From Ranitomeya imitator (taxonomy: Eukaryota): a DNA stretch of 64,000 bases. The DNA lies in contig NC_091286.1 of assembly GCF_032444005.1 (NCBI RefSeq), forward strand, positions 19,344,001-19,408,000, read 5' to 3'. The notes under the pieces are model-generated. The model saw only the letters and a program-made list of their open reading frames with translations. It made no database searches and was not told the DNA's origin. The translations under genes and the position numbers were made by a program. Every line of letters starts with the position of its first letter. Position 1 is the first letter of the stretch. This document shows positions 37,452 to 50,610 of the stretch, in pieces.

Positions 37452-38411
37452 GAATTGTGCATTAAGATGAGCTATTGGACTGCAGAGGGCCCATTTTTAT
37501 TGTTATATTGTTCTTACCCAGGGGCCCTTTTCTGTCTGGGACCCCTAGTGCTTTATACTGAAGCTTGTACAGGTGAAATCATAGGGCATACTGAATCCAA
37601 CATGCCCACTCCTGATTTTCCAGAAGAGTTGAGCCCATATGCATTAAAGATATGCAGTACATAAAATCTGGAGCTTGGTGGACATTTATCTAATATGTAT
37701 CACCACCCTGGAGTGGAGACCGGCCGCCCTGACCTCCCTGATGGTTTCCACAATCACAATAGTCATCATTTACTCGTTGGCTCCTTTTGTTTGGCCGTCA
37801 GACGCTGGGAGGTGACTGCGGCATCCATGAAAACAGCGAAACGGAGAGGTTCCTGGTGCGAAAGGGTTACTGACGGGAATGTGAGCAGCCGACAGTAAAT
37901 GCCTCTCAGACCGAGCCGCAGCTGTGATGGAAGAAGAACCGCAGGCTCCAAAGGACAAAACCGTAAATTCATAGCAAGAGAACAGAGAGGCGCAGACGAC
38001 AGGGAGGACATCTTCATACTGCCAAATGGCAGGGGAGGAATGCGGCTGTAATCTCTGCACTCACCGCTGACCCTGACCCTCTCCTCTGCGGAGTGACTGC
38101 TTTGTAAGGCTATATTCATACATTGCATTTTTGGCAGCGTTTTTTTCAGCCTTTTTTATGTGCACATGTTCAGCTGCGTTTCACAGTACCAGCAAAGTCA
38201 ATGAGATTTTAGAAATCTCGTGCACGCACCTTGGTTTTCTTTCCTGACTGTTCTGTCAGCGAGCTTTGTTTTTGCAAAATGCAGCATTTCACGTCTTTCA
38301 GAGTTTTTGCAGCGTTTTTCACCCATTGAAAGCAACGAGCAGTGAAAAAAAAAAAAAAAAGCTTTCAATTTGAATCAAATTTTTTTCTATTAACTAAACT
38401 TTATCAGCATG

Positions 38412-38576
38412 TGCGGCGCCCCAGGGTACAGGTCGTCGCAGCAGTGTCACTCACCTCCCGGTGAGAGTGATGCTACATTTGGAGGCAAGGAAGGATAACT
38501 GCATCCAGGTATCACAAACATGCAACACATTCACACTCCAGGCCACCAGGGGGAGCTTCTGCTCCTATTTATTAGG

Positions 38577-38617
<41 letters not shown>

Positions 38618-39825
38618 TATAATTGTCTAAGGGTTTTTCCGTCTGTCTGTCTGTCCTGGAAATCCCGGCTCTCTGGTCGAGGCCGCCAATCAGCAACGGG
38701 CACAGCGACGATGATGTCATAAAGGACGTAGACATCTCACGTTTCTGATTCAGCGACGGGCACAGTATCGACGTAGATGTCATAATGGTTGCCATGGCGA
38801 TGATGATGTCATAAAGGTTGCAATGATGATTGTCCATATACTACGGGGACATGCATATTCTAGAATACCCGATGCGTTAGAATCGGGCCACAATCTAGTA
38901 TATATATAAACTGGTAGTCAGTAGGGAAAGTTAGTTAGTTCCAGACATCAGTCTGAGGTGGACAGAGGGTCCATGGAGCTGTGCATGCCCTCAGAGCTGC
39001 AGCTCCCAGAAAGAGACATTTTGAAGGCAGAATTGTATTGCAGCGAGCGTGAAGGAAGGCAAAGCAAAGGAGAGGATACCAGAAGTGGACCAGCCCCAAA
39101 CAGGCTGCCTCCTTCTGAAGTGCAGAACACCGGTAGCCAGAACACCGAGGTAGTAAGGACTTCTACGCCTTTCTTCAGAGACAGGCAGGACAGCTAATTG
39201 CACGTTACCTGTCCGTACCTAAACCCAGGAGGAACGGTGACACCCCACAGAGCCGGGTTATCGAAGAGACCCTATAAACAGGCTCAACAGTCATACGGGT
39301 TTTGTCCTATCCTTTATGGGGGACAGAGAGAGAGACACAACATCTGTGAGGACCTTATTTGAAGCTTATGCAGTAAGGGACTACACCACTACAGCGCAAG
39401 GGAAGGCTATTAATTTCCACCTGGACAAGGGGACTCTGGATTTGCCTCCAAACCGGCCGGACTCTGCCTGCCCTGTGATCTGGTGCTCTGGACTGTGGAT
39501 GCTGAAGTCTTCAGTAAAAGGTAAAGAGACTGCAACCTTGTGTCCTCGTTCTTCTCTGCACCTCTCACCATACCACCATCTACATACTGGGAAGCCCTGG
39601 GGATATACTTCACCTGTGAGAAGGTATACCATCTAGCTGCCATAACATCACCCCAGCGGACCCCCTAAAGCAGCATCGGTCATCCTGACCGAATACCACA
39701 AGTGGCGTCACGAACATAAACTTTATCCCTTTAAAGACCTTTCCCTTTTATACGGACGTCCCAGGGCCACGGACCGGGTCAGCCACCGTTACCGAGTAAC
39801 CCCACGGCCCTAACGGGGCGCTCCA
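38412..39825 (+). mobile_element. Solo LTR (copy C), TSD CATG
   Basis: CATG|TGCGGCGCCCC ... GGGGCGCTCCA|CATG. Confidence 0.88.
38581..38898 (+). mobile_element. Short non-autonomous Helitron inserted in LTR C (same family as 31952-33551)
   Basis: ctataattgtctaaggg...ccgtctgtctgtc head; CCCGAT-gcgttaga-ATCGGG hairpin then CTAG|T; (TA)n at the 5' junction. Confidence 0.82.
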
Positions 39826-39899
39826 CATGCACAAGAGACAAATGTACCCTGACAAAAGCGCAGTAAAAAATGCACCAAAAACTAAGAAAAACGTGCTTT

Positions 39900-40234
39900 T
39901 TGTAAGCAGCTTAAACGCAGCTTAAAATTGGCATAAAAAAGCTGCAAAAATGCAACGCATTGGTGGGGGTGTCAGGATCAATTCCAGTATTGGTGGGGGT
40001 GTCAGGATCATTCTCAGGATTGGTGGAAGTATCAGGATCAATTCCAGTATTGGTGGGGGTATCAGGATCATTCTGAGGATCTGTGGAGGTGTCAGGATCA
40101 TTCCCAGTACTGGTGGGGTGTCACAAGCATTCTCAGGATCTGTGGCGGTGTTAGACCGGTTGAGGGCTCAGTATCATTCTCAAGATCAGTGGAGGTGTCA
40201 GGATGATTCTCAGGACTGGTGGGGGTGTCAGGAT
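39900..40234. repeat. Degenerate ~30-bp tandem repeat (GGTGGGGGTGTCAGGATCA core); resumes at 42393-42480
   Basis: Repeated ggtgggggtgtcaggatca units on both sides of the hAT insertion. Confidence 0.8.
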
Positions 40235-42392
40235 TAGGGTTGAGCGACTTTTAGTTTTTAGGGTCGAGTCGGGTTTCGTGAAACCCGACTATCTCAACAG
40301 TCGAGTCGAGTGGAATCGGCCGAATATCGCGAAAAGTCGGGGATCGACCGAAACACGAAACCCAATGCAAGTCAATGGGGGAGCATAGTCGGCAGTGAGT
40401 GGAGGCCAGGAAAACATCTACAGTGCCCATTTTAATGGCAAAAACATCCATTCTTGTTACTGAAGCTTGTCAATCTTAATTTACCTTATAAGAATAGTTA
40501 GGCATTGGAAATTGGAGGTCATTTGGCTAAAGTTGTGGGGGGTAGGGCTGGTTCAAGTATTTAGTGGGCCCAGGAAATCTGGACCACGTCACGGCAGTGG
40601 AGCAGGGAGAGGTAAGTATTTAAACTTTGCAAGTGCTGTGATCCTGAGCAAGCAGGGGGGGCCCACTCGTTGGCATTGTCACTGGCACAGGGCCCCTCAA
40701 AGTACGGCGGTGTGTTTGCACGGCGGGGGCGCCTCCCACCGGCAGCAACACTTTTGCGTACTATGAGAGGCCCTGTGCCAGTGACGTCGCCAACTAGTAT
40801 TCCTCCCCCCACCTGATGAAGGAACCTGCACTTTCATCTGCACCTTCCTCTTTGTCCCCGTGTAAGGTGGTATGGTATGCGGGAAGGGGAACCTGACTTT
40901 CAGCAGGGTCACATTCTTGCTGTGTAGTGTGCACGGGAAATGTTGCGTTATGGGTCAATGTACCAGCAGACTCATCTATCACTGGCTGGGCAATGGGCAG
41001 GATGAGGGGGAAACACAGATATACGCCCAAAGAATAAAGTGGGCTAAATGCAGTTCAAAATTGGTAACAGGACTAACCAGGGGGCATTGCTTTGTTCAGT
41101 GGAGTACAACTGTAATGAGAGGCTGACACAGTGAGTAGGCCCAAATCAGTAAGTAGGCTAAATGCAGTTCAAAATTGGTAACAGAAGTAAACAGGCGGCA
41201 TTGGTTTACTCAGTGTAGGAGAACATCAAGGAGCGGCAGACACCGTTGGTAGGGCCAACAAAACAAGTAGGCCAAATGCAGTGTTATACACAATTTAACG
41301 AGAGCCTGAAGATAGAAGCTAGGGAAAGGCAACCTGGAGAACACATTGGAGTGGAAGACACCGTTTGTAGAACCCAGACCCAACTTGTAGGCCTAATGCA
41401 GTGTTGTTTCAACAACTATTTAACGAGAGCCTGAAGATTGAAGCTCAGGAAAGGCAACCAGGAGAACACCTTGGAGCGGCAGACACTGGTAGTAGGCCCC
41501 AACCCAACTAGTAGCCCCACTGCAGTTGTTCCATTTAAAAACTATTTAACAAGAGCCTGAAGATTGAAGCTCAGGAAAGGCAACCTGGAGAACACCTTGG
41601 AGCGGCATACACCGTTAGTAAGCCCCAACCCAACTAGTAGGCCAAATGCAGTTGCAGCGCCCCAGAGACCTGGTCGTTGCAGTATGGCACTCTGCCGCTA
41701 AGGGGAGCAGCGGTACGTCTGATGGCACTAAGGAGTTGACCAGGTATCACCAGAACACATTACACTTCACACTCCGGCCACTAGGGGGAGAAAAAGGCTT
41801 CATTTATTGGCCCACTCCTCACACTGGTAAAACTAGGGGCTGGGGAGGAAGTTAGCGAGAAGCTGACTGGGTTGGATCCAGGCAACATCCCGTGGCAGGG
41901 GGTGTTGCAGGGAGAAGACACAGGGGGGTCTCTGTCAGGTGTGGGAACCTGGCAGGTGCCTAGCGAACAGAACAGAACGTAACGGAACCGCGCCTGCACA
42001 CCCCGCGGCGGTATCCTAAGAAAGAGACACGAAGGGAAGGATATTGTGGAACCGTGTAAACGAGATTAAGCACAAAGGAGAGCCAGTAAGAGTCGTGCCG
42101 AGAGAGAGAGAGGCAACATCTTACTGAGGCGCGTAGTCGGGGGCCGGAACACCGTAGGAGTAACTGACTTCAGGTCTTACTTCAAACTCCGCTGGACAGT
42201 TAATCATAGGTTGGCTGTCTACCTTACTACATGAGAAATGGCGCTTTTCGCGTCATTGAAACGCGTCTTTGGCGCGAAAGTCGCGTACCGCATAGACGAC
42301 CCCACACAGGAATTGGGTCGGGTTTCATGAAACCCGACTTTGCCAAAAGTCGGCGACTTATGAAAATGACCGACCCGTTTTGCTCAACCCTA
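40235..42392. mobile_element. Non-autonomous hAT element, 8-bp TSD GTCAGGAT
   Basis: TAGGGTTGAGCGA ... TTGCTCAACCCTA; TSD at 40227-40234 and 42393-42400; internal ~125-bp repeats 41294-41652. Confidence 0.92.
41653..42231 (+). mobile_element. Truncated LTR (copy E) inside the hAT element
   Basis: Starts TGCAGCGCCCCAGAGACCTGGTCGTTGCAG, matching the start of copies A/B; 3' part absent. Confidence 0.8.
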
Positions 42393-44430
42393 GTCAGGAT
42401 CATACTCAGGATGGGTGGGGGTGTCAGGATAATTCTCCAGATCAGTCAGTGGGGGTGTCAGGATCATACTCAGGATCGGAGGGTTGCCAAAGGTTGGATA
42501 CTATGAATCATAAAGTGAAGGCAGTTCCTAGCGATTTGCCATCACTTTATGAGATAGAGGGCACTATTATTTGAAGGGGGCGCAGAGAGGAGATTATTAA
42601 TTGAATTAGGGATAGTAGCAGGATGGAAAGGGTAATGTCAAAGGTGAGTGATGCCGGAAATATTATAAATTTGTAGAAATATAGAAATAAAAATGCTCCT
42701 CTTATGGCTCACCTGTCCTGCAGCCCGCCGACTGGGGCTTCGCAAATACTTTTTAATTCTTCTATTATGTTCATTGAAGAACCCGAGGATTGAGGACAGG
42801 ATGCCGGCCTGTAGTGGAAAAGGAGAGCGGCGAGTGGCGCATAATAAGAAACATCCAAGAACATCAACTGAATCTGACCGTTATAGGGTCACTGTATGGC
42901 GGTAATATTGGTCTTTTTTTTTATAGGGTCTTGTTTTTCATTTCTACCAGTTTGGTTGTGCTATTCAGTTACTCTTTATTGGTATACTGTATATGGAGGC
43001 GAGTAGTGGAATTATTGGTAATATTAGTCTAATTCTGCAGAAGTATTATATATGGTGGTCGCTGTGTAGTGGTAATGTCACTGTCATGGTCTGGCGGTAT
43101 TATTTTGGCCTATTCCAGTAGCATTAGTGATAATGGCCTTTGTACGGTGTGTTTTGTTTCTGTGTGGTTATATCTAGTCCTGGTATAATACTGTCAGTGT
43201 TATATGATATATGTACACTATGTAAGTGGCGCTATAGGGAAACATATCCCTTGGGGCTTTATCTGCCTATTGTGATGGAACTCCTCTAACGAGAAGGAAT
43301 TGTCCAAAGTGGAGACCCCCTTTAAGGGGATTTTCTTTCAGCCATGCACAAATCATTTCTATTTTGTGTAATTTTGAGCTTTGATTATGGTAATTGCTCT
43401 TGTCCGGCTCTCTGGGTTTATAGAGTATGAAAGACACATAATCCCTGATCAATATCAAGAACCATACGACCTTCATAAATATACAAGCCGGTTACTTTAC
43501 TCTTCGGACTCGGACTATATTTTATCTCGATTTCTGTAAAATCAATAGAAACAAATGGGCCTTTTGTTTGCTGATGCGACGGCTGATACGGCGTCCGTTC
43601 TCAGCCTGAGGGTCCTCTGAGAACAAGCAGAAGAAAGGGTCAGACATGAGAGCGGGATGTAATTCACAGGGTCCTATCAGTATGGATTCCCAGACAGCGA
43701 GACGTGCCTTCGCTACCACCACCAAACCTGTGCCCGACCTCTACACAGACAGAATGGGGAGCAGCTCCTACCCTGCCCCGAATTATCTGCTGTAAGCGAT
43801 TCTTCTCCAGTCACATCAAAAGCTAAAGTAAAAATTCTACTTTTTTATACCAAATTTTTGTGCAGTGTGGGGTAGGAGTAGGTCTAATGCAGCATAGTTG
43901 CACCAGGACAATATAGTTGGACCAGTAGAGACCGATGCAGCAAGACTGAAACTGGAGGAGCAGAACTGGAACCAGTGAAGCAGAGTGGAAGGCACGGTAA
44001 ACGGTATAGCAGTATTGGACATCATCATAGTAGAGTGATGAAGTATCAGGCAAGAAGATCTCAGTGACATAGGAGGTTCCAAGGCAAATCTGATCCATCC
44101 AGCCGTATAGCAGAGTTGTCTCACTGAGGTAGCAGAATTTAGCCCAGTGATATAACTAGGTTTGCTACAGAGTCCTGGCTGAACTCTCTAGTGACGTAAC
44201 AGAATTATCCAGCAATATAAGACAGCTGAGTGGTGCAAAAGGTACAAGAACTAGGAAACAGTCCACAGTGGCAGAATGGACACCAACTATCTAAACACTC
44301 AGGCAATGTCCTGCCACCTGAGCCAGCCTATAAGGTCGGGGAGTGTGAGCGCCACTGCAAAGAAGTAGCCGGCAGATGCAGCAAGGTAAAGACTGCTTTA
44401 ATAAACTTGTAAAACACATTATTCATTTAA

Positions 44431-45390
44431 CCCCTTAATGACCGCCAATACGTCTTTTAACTGACCTGAGATATAAGAGAATAGCCTCCCCATACAGATG
44501 ACAATCCAGCATCTGTCGGTTGTACACTATAGCTGACAACTTGCTGCATCAGCCACGATCAGTATTTGCACCATCTAAATCTGTTTAACCCCTTAGATGC
44601 TGCTGTCAATAGTGACTACATCATTATAAATGGTTAACAGTGTGTGGGGGCTTCTTCTTTGTCACAATTGGTGCCCTCAGATCATGATTGTGTGGTCCTG
44701 ATGTTTGCCATGGCAATTCATGACCAAATAGCGGCCTTAGAGTCTGACGGCTGTAGTAATCTGTTCAGAAGTTAGAGGCATTTAGGTGGTAAAAATACAC
44801 ATTTTCATTTCTGTCATACCACTTTGCATTAATTCCTGTAAAGCACCTGAAGGGTTAATAAACTACCTGACAGCTGTTTTCAATATGTTTAGGGGTGCTG
44901 TTTTTAAAATGGTATCACGTTTGTGGGTTTCCCAATATATGGGACCCCTAAAGTGACTTCAAACATGGATAAGTCCCTAAAAAAATAAATTTTGTAAATT
45001 TCTTTGAAAAAATGAAAAATTGTTGCTACATTTTTAAACCTCCTAAAATGCTAACAAAATAAAATAACATTTTACAAATGGTGCTGATGTAAAGCAGACA
45101 TGTGGGAAATGTTATTTATTAATGGTTTGCTGTTGTATGACTATCTGGAATAAAGGGATAATCATTCAAATTTAGAAAATTGCTAATTTTTTAACATTTT
45201 TCTAAAATTTTTGATATTTTTTATAAATAAACACAAAAAATGTTGAACAAAATTTACCATTATCATAAAGTATAATGTGTCACGAAAAAACAGTCTCAAA
45301 ATCACTGGGATTTGTTGAAGCGTTGCAGAGTTATTACCACATAAAGTGACACTGGTCAGATTTCAAAAATTTGGCTCGGTCACTAAGGGG
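44431..45390. mobile_element. piggyBac-like (TTAA) non-autonomous element
   Basis: TTAA|CCCCTTAATGACC ... GGTCACTAAGGGG|TTAA. Confidence 0.9.
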
Positions 45391-45729
45391 TTAAATAAAT
45401 ATATATATATTACTCGCACAATTGACATAGAGGATAGTCTAACAAATTCAAGAAAAATTCTTATCCCAAAAAAAAAGATATAATAATGCACAAGGGAAAA
45501 AGAAATGCACTGACCAAGATGGCTGGACCACGGATTCGGACTCTAGCGGATATGAAAACAGAGATCAACAAATGCGCGTGAATATAAATAAAAAAAAACA
45601 GAAAAACACTCTTTAGGAAACAGATCAGACGAGGGAGTAAACAATGGCTGCGGTACCGGTGGTTTATAGAGGAAACATGTAACCTGGACAAAATAAATAT
45701 AACTGATGTAAAAAAAAAAAGAATCGAGA

Positions 45730-46935
45730 ATCTGCAAAAACCCTAGTCCACGCCCTCATCATCTCTCGCCTTGACTACTGTAACCTCCTGCTCTGTGGCC
45801 TCCCCTCTAACACTCTCGCATCCCTCCAATCTATTCTAAACTCTGCTGCCCGACTAATCCACCTGTCCCCCCGCTATTCCCCAGTCTCTCCCCTCTGTCA
45901 ATCCCTTCACTGGCTCCCCATTACCCAGAGACTCCACTACAAAACCCTAACCATGACGTACAAAGCCATCCACAACCTGTCTCCTCCATACATCTGTGAC
46001 CTCGTCTCCCGGTACTTACCTACACACAACCTCCGATCCTCACAAGATCTCCATCTCTACTCCCCTCTTATCTCCTCTTCCCACAATCGCATACAAGATT
46101 TCTTTCGCGTATCACCCTTACTCTGGAACTCTCTACCACAACACATCAGACTCTCGCCTACCATCGAAACCTTCAAAAAGAACCTGAAGACCGACCTCTT
46201 CCGACAAGCCTACAACCTGCAGTAACCACCGATCGACCAAACCACTGCACGACCAGCTCTACCCTCATCTACTGTATCCTCACCCATCCCTTGTAGATTG
46301 TGAGCCCTCGCGGGCAGGGTCCTCTCTCCTCCTGTATCCTCACCCATCCCTTGTAGATTGTGAGCCCTCGCGGGCAGGGTCCTCACTCCTCCTGTATCCT
46401 CACCCATCCCTTGTAGATTGTGAGCCCTCGCGGGCAGGGTCCTCACTCCTCCTGTATCCTCACCCATCCCTTGTAGATTGTGAGCCCTCGCGGGCAGGGT
46501 CCTCTCTCCTCCTGTATCCTCACCCATCCCTTGTAGATTGTGAGCCCTCGTGGGCAGGGTCCTCTTTCCTCCTGTATCCTCACCCATCCCTTGTAGATTG
46601 TGAGCCCTCACGGGCAGGGTCCTCTCTCCTCCTGAATCCTCACCCATCCCTTGTAGATTGTGTGCCCTCGTGGGCAGGGTCCTCTCTCCTCCTGAATCCT
46701 CACCCATCCCTTGTAGATTGTGAGCCCTCACGGGCAGGGTCCTCTCTCCTCCTGTATCCTCACCCATCCCTTGTAGATTGTGAGCCCTCGCGGGCAGGGT
46801 CCTCTCTCCTCCTGTACCAGTTATGACTTGTATTGTTTAAGATTATTGTACTTGTTTTTATTATGTATACCTCTCCTCACATGTAAAGCGCCATGGAATA
46901 AATGGCGCCATAATGATAAATAAAAATAATAATAA
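45730..46935 (+). mobile_element. L2 LINE 3' end (ORF2 C-terminus + 3' UTR)
   Basis: LVHALIISRLDYCNLLL.GLP...LHWLP...FKKNLKT.LF ending at 46225; tail tgtaaagcgccatggaataaatggcgc...aataataa. Confidence 0.92.
46273..46815 (+). repeat. 60-bp unit x9 tandem array within the L2 3' UTR
   Basis: TGTATCCTCACCCATCCCTTGTAGATTGTGAGCCCTCGCGGGCAGGGTCCTCTCTCCTCC repeated with exact 60-bp period. Confidence 0.98.
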
Positions 46936-47911
46936 CTTAACTCATCACTGAGGCACCCACAGACATTGACTTACATTTAAGTCTTTAATTCATCAATAAT
47001 GGATACTAGCGTCAATCTGAATCCAACATCGCCTTTTTTTAGGAGGAATGAAATCTACATTTATACCTCCAATAAGCCCAGGGAATGTGATAGATTTGTT
47101 CTACGACAGAGTTGTGACTGACATGCAAGTGGTATTATATAAAAAAAACACCAATAATGTAACAAGAAAAGAACAACAGAAATAAAGAATTGGAAAAGCT
47201 GACAAGGGCAATAACTTGGTGTTAATAGCAGTGGAGTCAGAAAGGCAATTATCTGACAAAAATACATAAAAAAAATTAAGCTTCGATCCTACAAATCTAT
47301 TTAAAGATCAATTGAGATCATTTTTAAGGATTCAAATCGAAAAAAGACGTATTTCCAAGAAAACAGCAGAGAAACTCCTTCCCGAATTTTCACTTAAACC
47401 CCACTGGTATTATTACATTCCTAAAATTCATAAAAAATCTATCTGCTCCCCCCCAGGTCACCCGATAGTATCGGGGAATGGATCAGTGACAGGAGCTTTG
47501 TCCAAATTCATAGATTGGCAGCAGAAACCTTAAATAAAAATTGCACCATCGTATATAAAGGACACTGGTGACTTTTTGAGAATTCGATCAGAAATTCATT
47601 GTCAAGAGAACTTTAAATTAGCAGCAATCGATGTGGAAAGTTTGTGTACCCGGATTCCACAAATTGCAAGACTAAGTGCTATAAAAAAAAATCTACTAAG
47701 AAAAATTTCAGAAACAGATGAATACATTGAATTTATTATTGAAGGTTTGAATTTTATATTGACACGTAAAGATTCTTCTTTTGGAACCAGCCGGTATACT
47801 CAGATCACCGGGGACGCCTGTCGCTTGTACTTTTCTTAATATATTTCTGAGAAAGAATATGTCGATAGTCCTAGAAACCCGTATCTAAAATGCTTCCACG
47901 CGTACCAATAA

Positions 47912-48150
47912 GGGTATGTGCACACGTATTCTTGGCCACTGCCGATTTTTCCGCAGCAGATTTGACGCTGCGTTTTTGCTGCAGATTTATTGCGGATTTA
48001 CCGCGGTTTTTCTGTAGTTTTCACTGCGGTTTTACAACTGCGGTTTTCCATAGGGGCAGCTGTAAAAAAAAAAAAAAACGCTGTGGAATCCGCAGAAAGA
48101 AGTGACATGCTGCGGAATGTAAACCGCTGCGTTTCCACGCGTTTTTTTTG
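47912..48150. mobile_element. Truncated PIF/Harbinger MITE (GGGTATGTGCACAC family)
   Basis: TAA|GGGTATGTGCACACG, same TIR as 11584; right end not found. Confidence 0.7.
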
Positions 48151-48658
48151 CTTAATTAAGCAATCTAGTGAAAGAATGTCAGGCAAACAAATAGAGAATA
48201 AGAGATTTATTCTCACTTTTAAACACAACCCCAATATGAGTTTAATTAAGTCTGCGATTAAAAGAAATCGTCATCTTTAAGATAAAGATAAGATAAAGAT
48301 CTAACCGTGGCAACAAATAAACCTTTAATTCGATATGAGAAGTCGCAAGCTAAATGAGATTCTAGGGCACAAAAGATTCCTTGAAAATAAAAATAAAAAA
48401 ACGCGGTTAAATGCGAAAAATCCAACAGGGAATTTCTGGTGTGGGAACTGTTCTTTTTGCCACCTCCATCTTATTCGTAAACATTTAAGAATTGGGGTGG
48501 TATCACACACACGATAAGAGAATTAATTACCTGCCGCACCAACCAAGTAATAGATTGTTTACTGCCCGTGCCAATTTTTTTACATTAAGACAATGAGACC
48601 TCAACATATAAGATTTAGGGGCCTTTTCATTAAATAAGAACAGGATGAGGTTCTTTAA

Positions 48659-49849
48659 CCCCCTTTCCGACGTTGGGCGTAACAGTACACTGATGTCGGT
48701 CTCCCTCCCTTTGATGTGGGAGCCCACATCTTTCCCGGCACATGTCAGCTGTTTTGAACAGCTGACACATGCCCAGAACAGCCGCGGGTGGAATCGCGAT
48801 CCACCCGCGGCTATTAACCCATTAAATGTCACTGTCAAACACTGACAGCAGCATTTAACATCGCGCCGGAAATCCGCCCATCGGTGACCCCCCCGTCACA
48901 TAATCGTGGGTCACTGATGGGTTGGCATGACAATCAGAGGTCTCCTGGAGACCTCTATGGTTTTCACTGCCAGATTGCTATGAGCCCCGCACGGTGGTCT
49001 TCGCTCATAGCAAGTGAGTAATTCTGTTACATACAGGTAATCGCTCTATGTAGCAGAGCCAATCAGGTTATGGCAGCTTCTAGAAGCCTGCCAAAGGAAA
49101 AAGAAATGGTTTTAAAAATATTTTTAAAAAATTAAAAAAATATAAATGTTCAAATTACCCCCCTTTCTCCCCATTCAAAATAAAATAAAAAAAAATCAAG
49201 CATACAGAAATTTGGTATCACCAGGTTTCAGAATCGCTCCATCTATCAATATACAAAAATGATTAACCTTATTGCTAAACGGCATAGCAAGAGAAAAGTC
49301 AAAATGCTGGAATTACGTTTTTTTGGCCGCTGCAACAATGCATTAAAATGCAATAACTGGCGATCAAAAGAACATATCTGCACCAAAATGGTGTCATTAA
49401 AAATGTCAGCTCAGCACGGAAAAAATAACCCCAAATCATAAAATGGCGCTTTTTTTTTTTTTTTTTTTTTTCAAAGTTTGGATTTTTTTTTCACCACTTA
49501 GATAAAAAAGAACCCAGACATGTTTGGTGTCTATGAACTCATAATCACCTGGAGAATCATAATGGCAGCTCAGTTTTAGCATTTAGTGAACACAGTAAAA
49601 AAGGAAAACAAAAAACATCTGTGGGATTGCTCTTTTTTTGCAATTTCACCGCACTTGGAATTTTTGTTTTCCCCCTTTCCAGTACACGATATGTTAAAAC
49701 CAATGGTGTCATTCAAAAGTACAACTCGTCTTGCAAAAAACAAGCCCTCACATGGCCATATTGACCACAAAAAAAAAGTTATGGCTCTGGGAAGAAGGGG
49801 AGCAAAAAATGAAAACGCAAAACCAAAAATACCTCTGGTCGTTAAGGAG
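48659..49849. mobile_element. piggyBac-like (TTAA) non-autonomous element inside the Penelope remnant
   Basis: TTAA|CCCCTTTCCGAC ... GTCGTTAAGGAG|TTAA. Confidence 0.82.
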
Positions 49850-50174
49850 TTAAAATTGATAAAACACATTAAAGATGTGCATAACTCAGATCCTAATGTT
49901 TTGAGGTTCGCAGGAATTGAACACGTAGAGTATCCCTTACAGGATAAGGATCATAATAGATTACTATTAAAGAAAGAAGGAAAATAGATTCTTGATACGG
50001 AAGCTCAAGGTCCCCTCGGTCTAAATGACAAAGTGGATATGTCGGTATGGTTATGAATGATCTACATATTGCCAATGTTTATCTATACATTTATTTCACG
50101 CCTTATTTCACTGTCATGTGTGTAACAGCTCCCTAATCCGGGTTAAAAGAAAGTGTTGCAACATCCTGGCTAAT

Positions 50175-50221
50175 ATGGAGCCATAGAAGCTCATGATTGG
50201 GGCGAAACGGCCGTAGTCCAT
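50175..50221 (+). ncRNA. Decayed minimal type I hammerhead-ribozyme-like motif in the Penelope 3' region
   Basis: ATGGA(G)C-CATAGAA-GCTC atgattg GGGC-GAAAC GGCC GTA-GTCCAT. Helices I and II, the GAAA box and a palindromic helix III are present, but the CUGANGA box is mutated. Confidence 0.4.
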
Positions 50222-50439
50222 CAGACTCTTTCACCTCCGCCACCCGCACACCGCATGTTTACATTATATCAATGTCATCCTAATTGCGGATTAAAGATAT
50301 GCATCTCTAAGGATCGGGTGAGTGCTCCATTTCTTGTTCATCCTTGTGCTATATTTACAACCGCTGAGTGAATGCTCCACCCCGAAGAGATCCTGAGAAA
50401 TCGAATGCGGGATACCAGACGAGTCGGTCTAACGGGCAA

Positions 50440-50610
50440 GGACCAGCTGATGTAATTGGTGCCTAACCTGCTGAAGTGGCGCAATCGTCTGCTTGGTGTC
50501 AAATGGGCATTTTTTTTGTTATTTGCACAAATAACACATTTTTTTGAATGCAAGTTTCCAAAAAATTCTACATGAACTCGTTTCGCACCGAATCAATTCG
50601 CTCATCTCTA
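50440..50610. mobile_element. hAT element terminal fragment
   Basis: Ends CGAATCAATTCGCTCATCTCTA (TAGAGATGAGCGAA-type TIR); left boundary uncertain. Confidence 0.55.

Larger units (their letters stand above)
38108..39898. mobile_element. PIF/Harbinger MITE split by LTR C, right TIR missing
   Basis: TAA|GGCTATATTCATACATTGCATTTTTGGCAGC at the left; inverted GCTGCAAAAATGCAA at ~39880-39895. Confidence 0.65.
47000..50340 (+). mobile_element. Degenerate Penelope-like element (RT + GIY-YIG) interrupted by two MITEs
   Basis: YIPKIHK..PPGHPIVSG.GS, PSYIKDTGDFL, DVESL.TRIP; CGNCSFC, ITCRTNQVI; C-terminal F.GIEHV...GLND; boundaries approximate. Confidence 0.8.

Noticed and set aside
46210-46767. 185-aa minus-strand ORF with 20-aa repeats
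   Set aside because: Antisense translation of the 60-bp L2 3' UTR array
34897-50610. TAGAGATGAG and CTCATCTCTA ends as one 15.7-kb hAT element
   Set aside because: 8-bp flanks do not match (ATCAGAAG vs GTAGCATA) and no transposase lies between them
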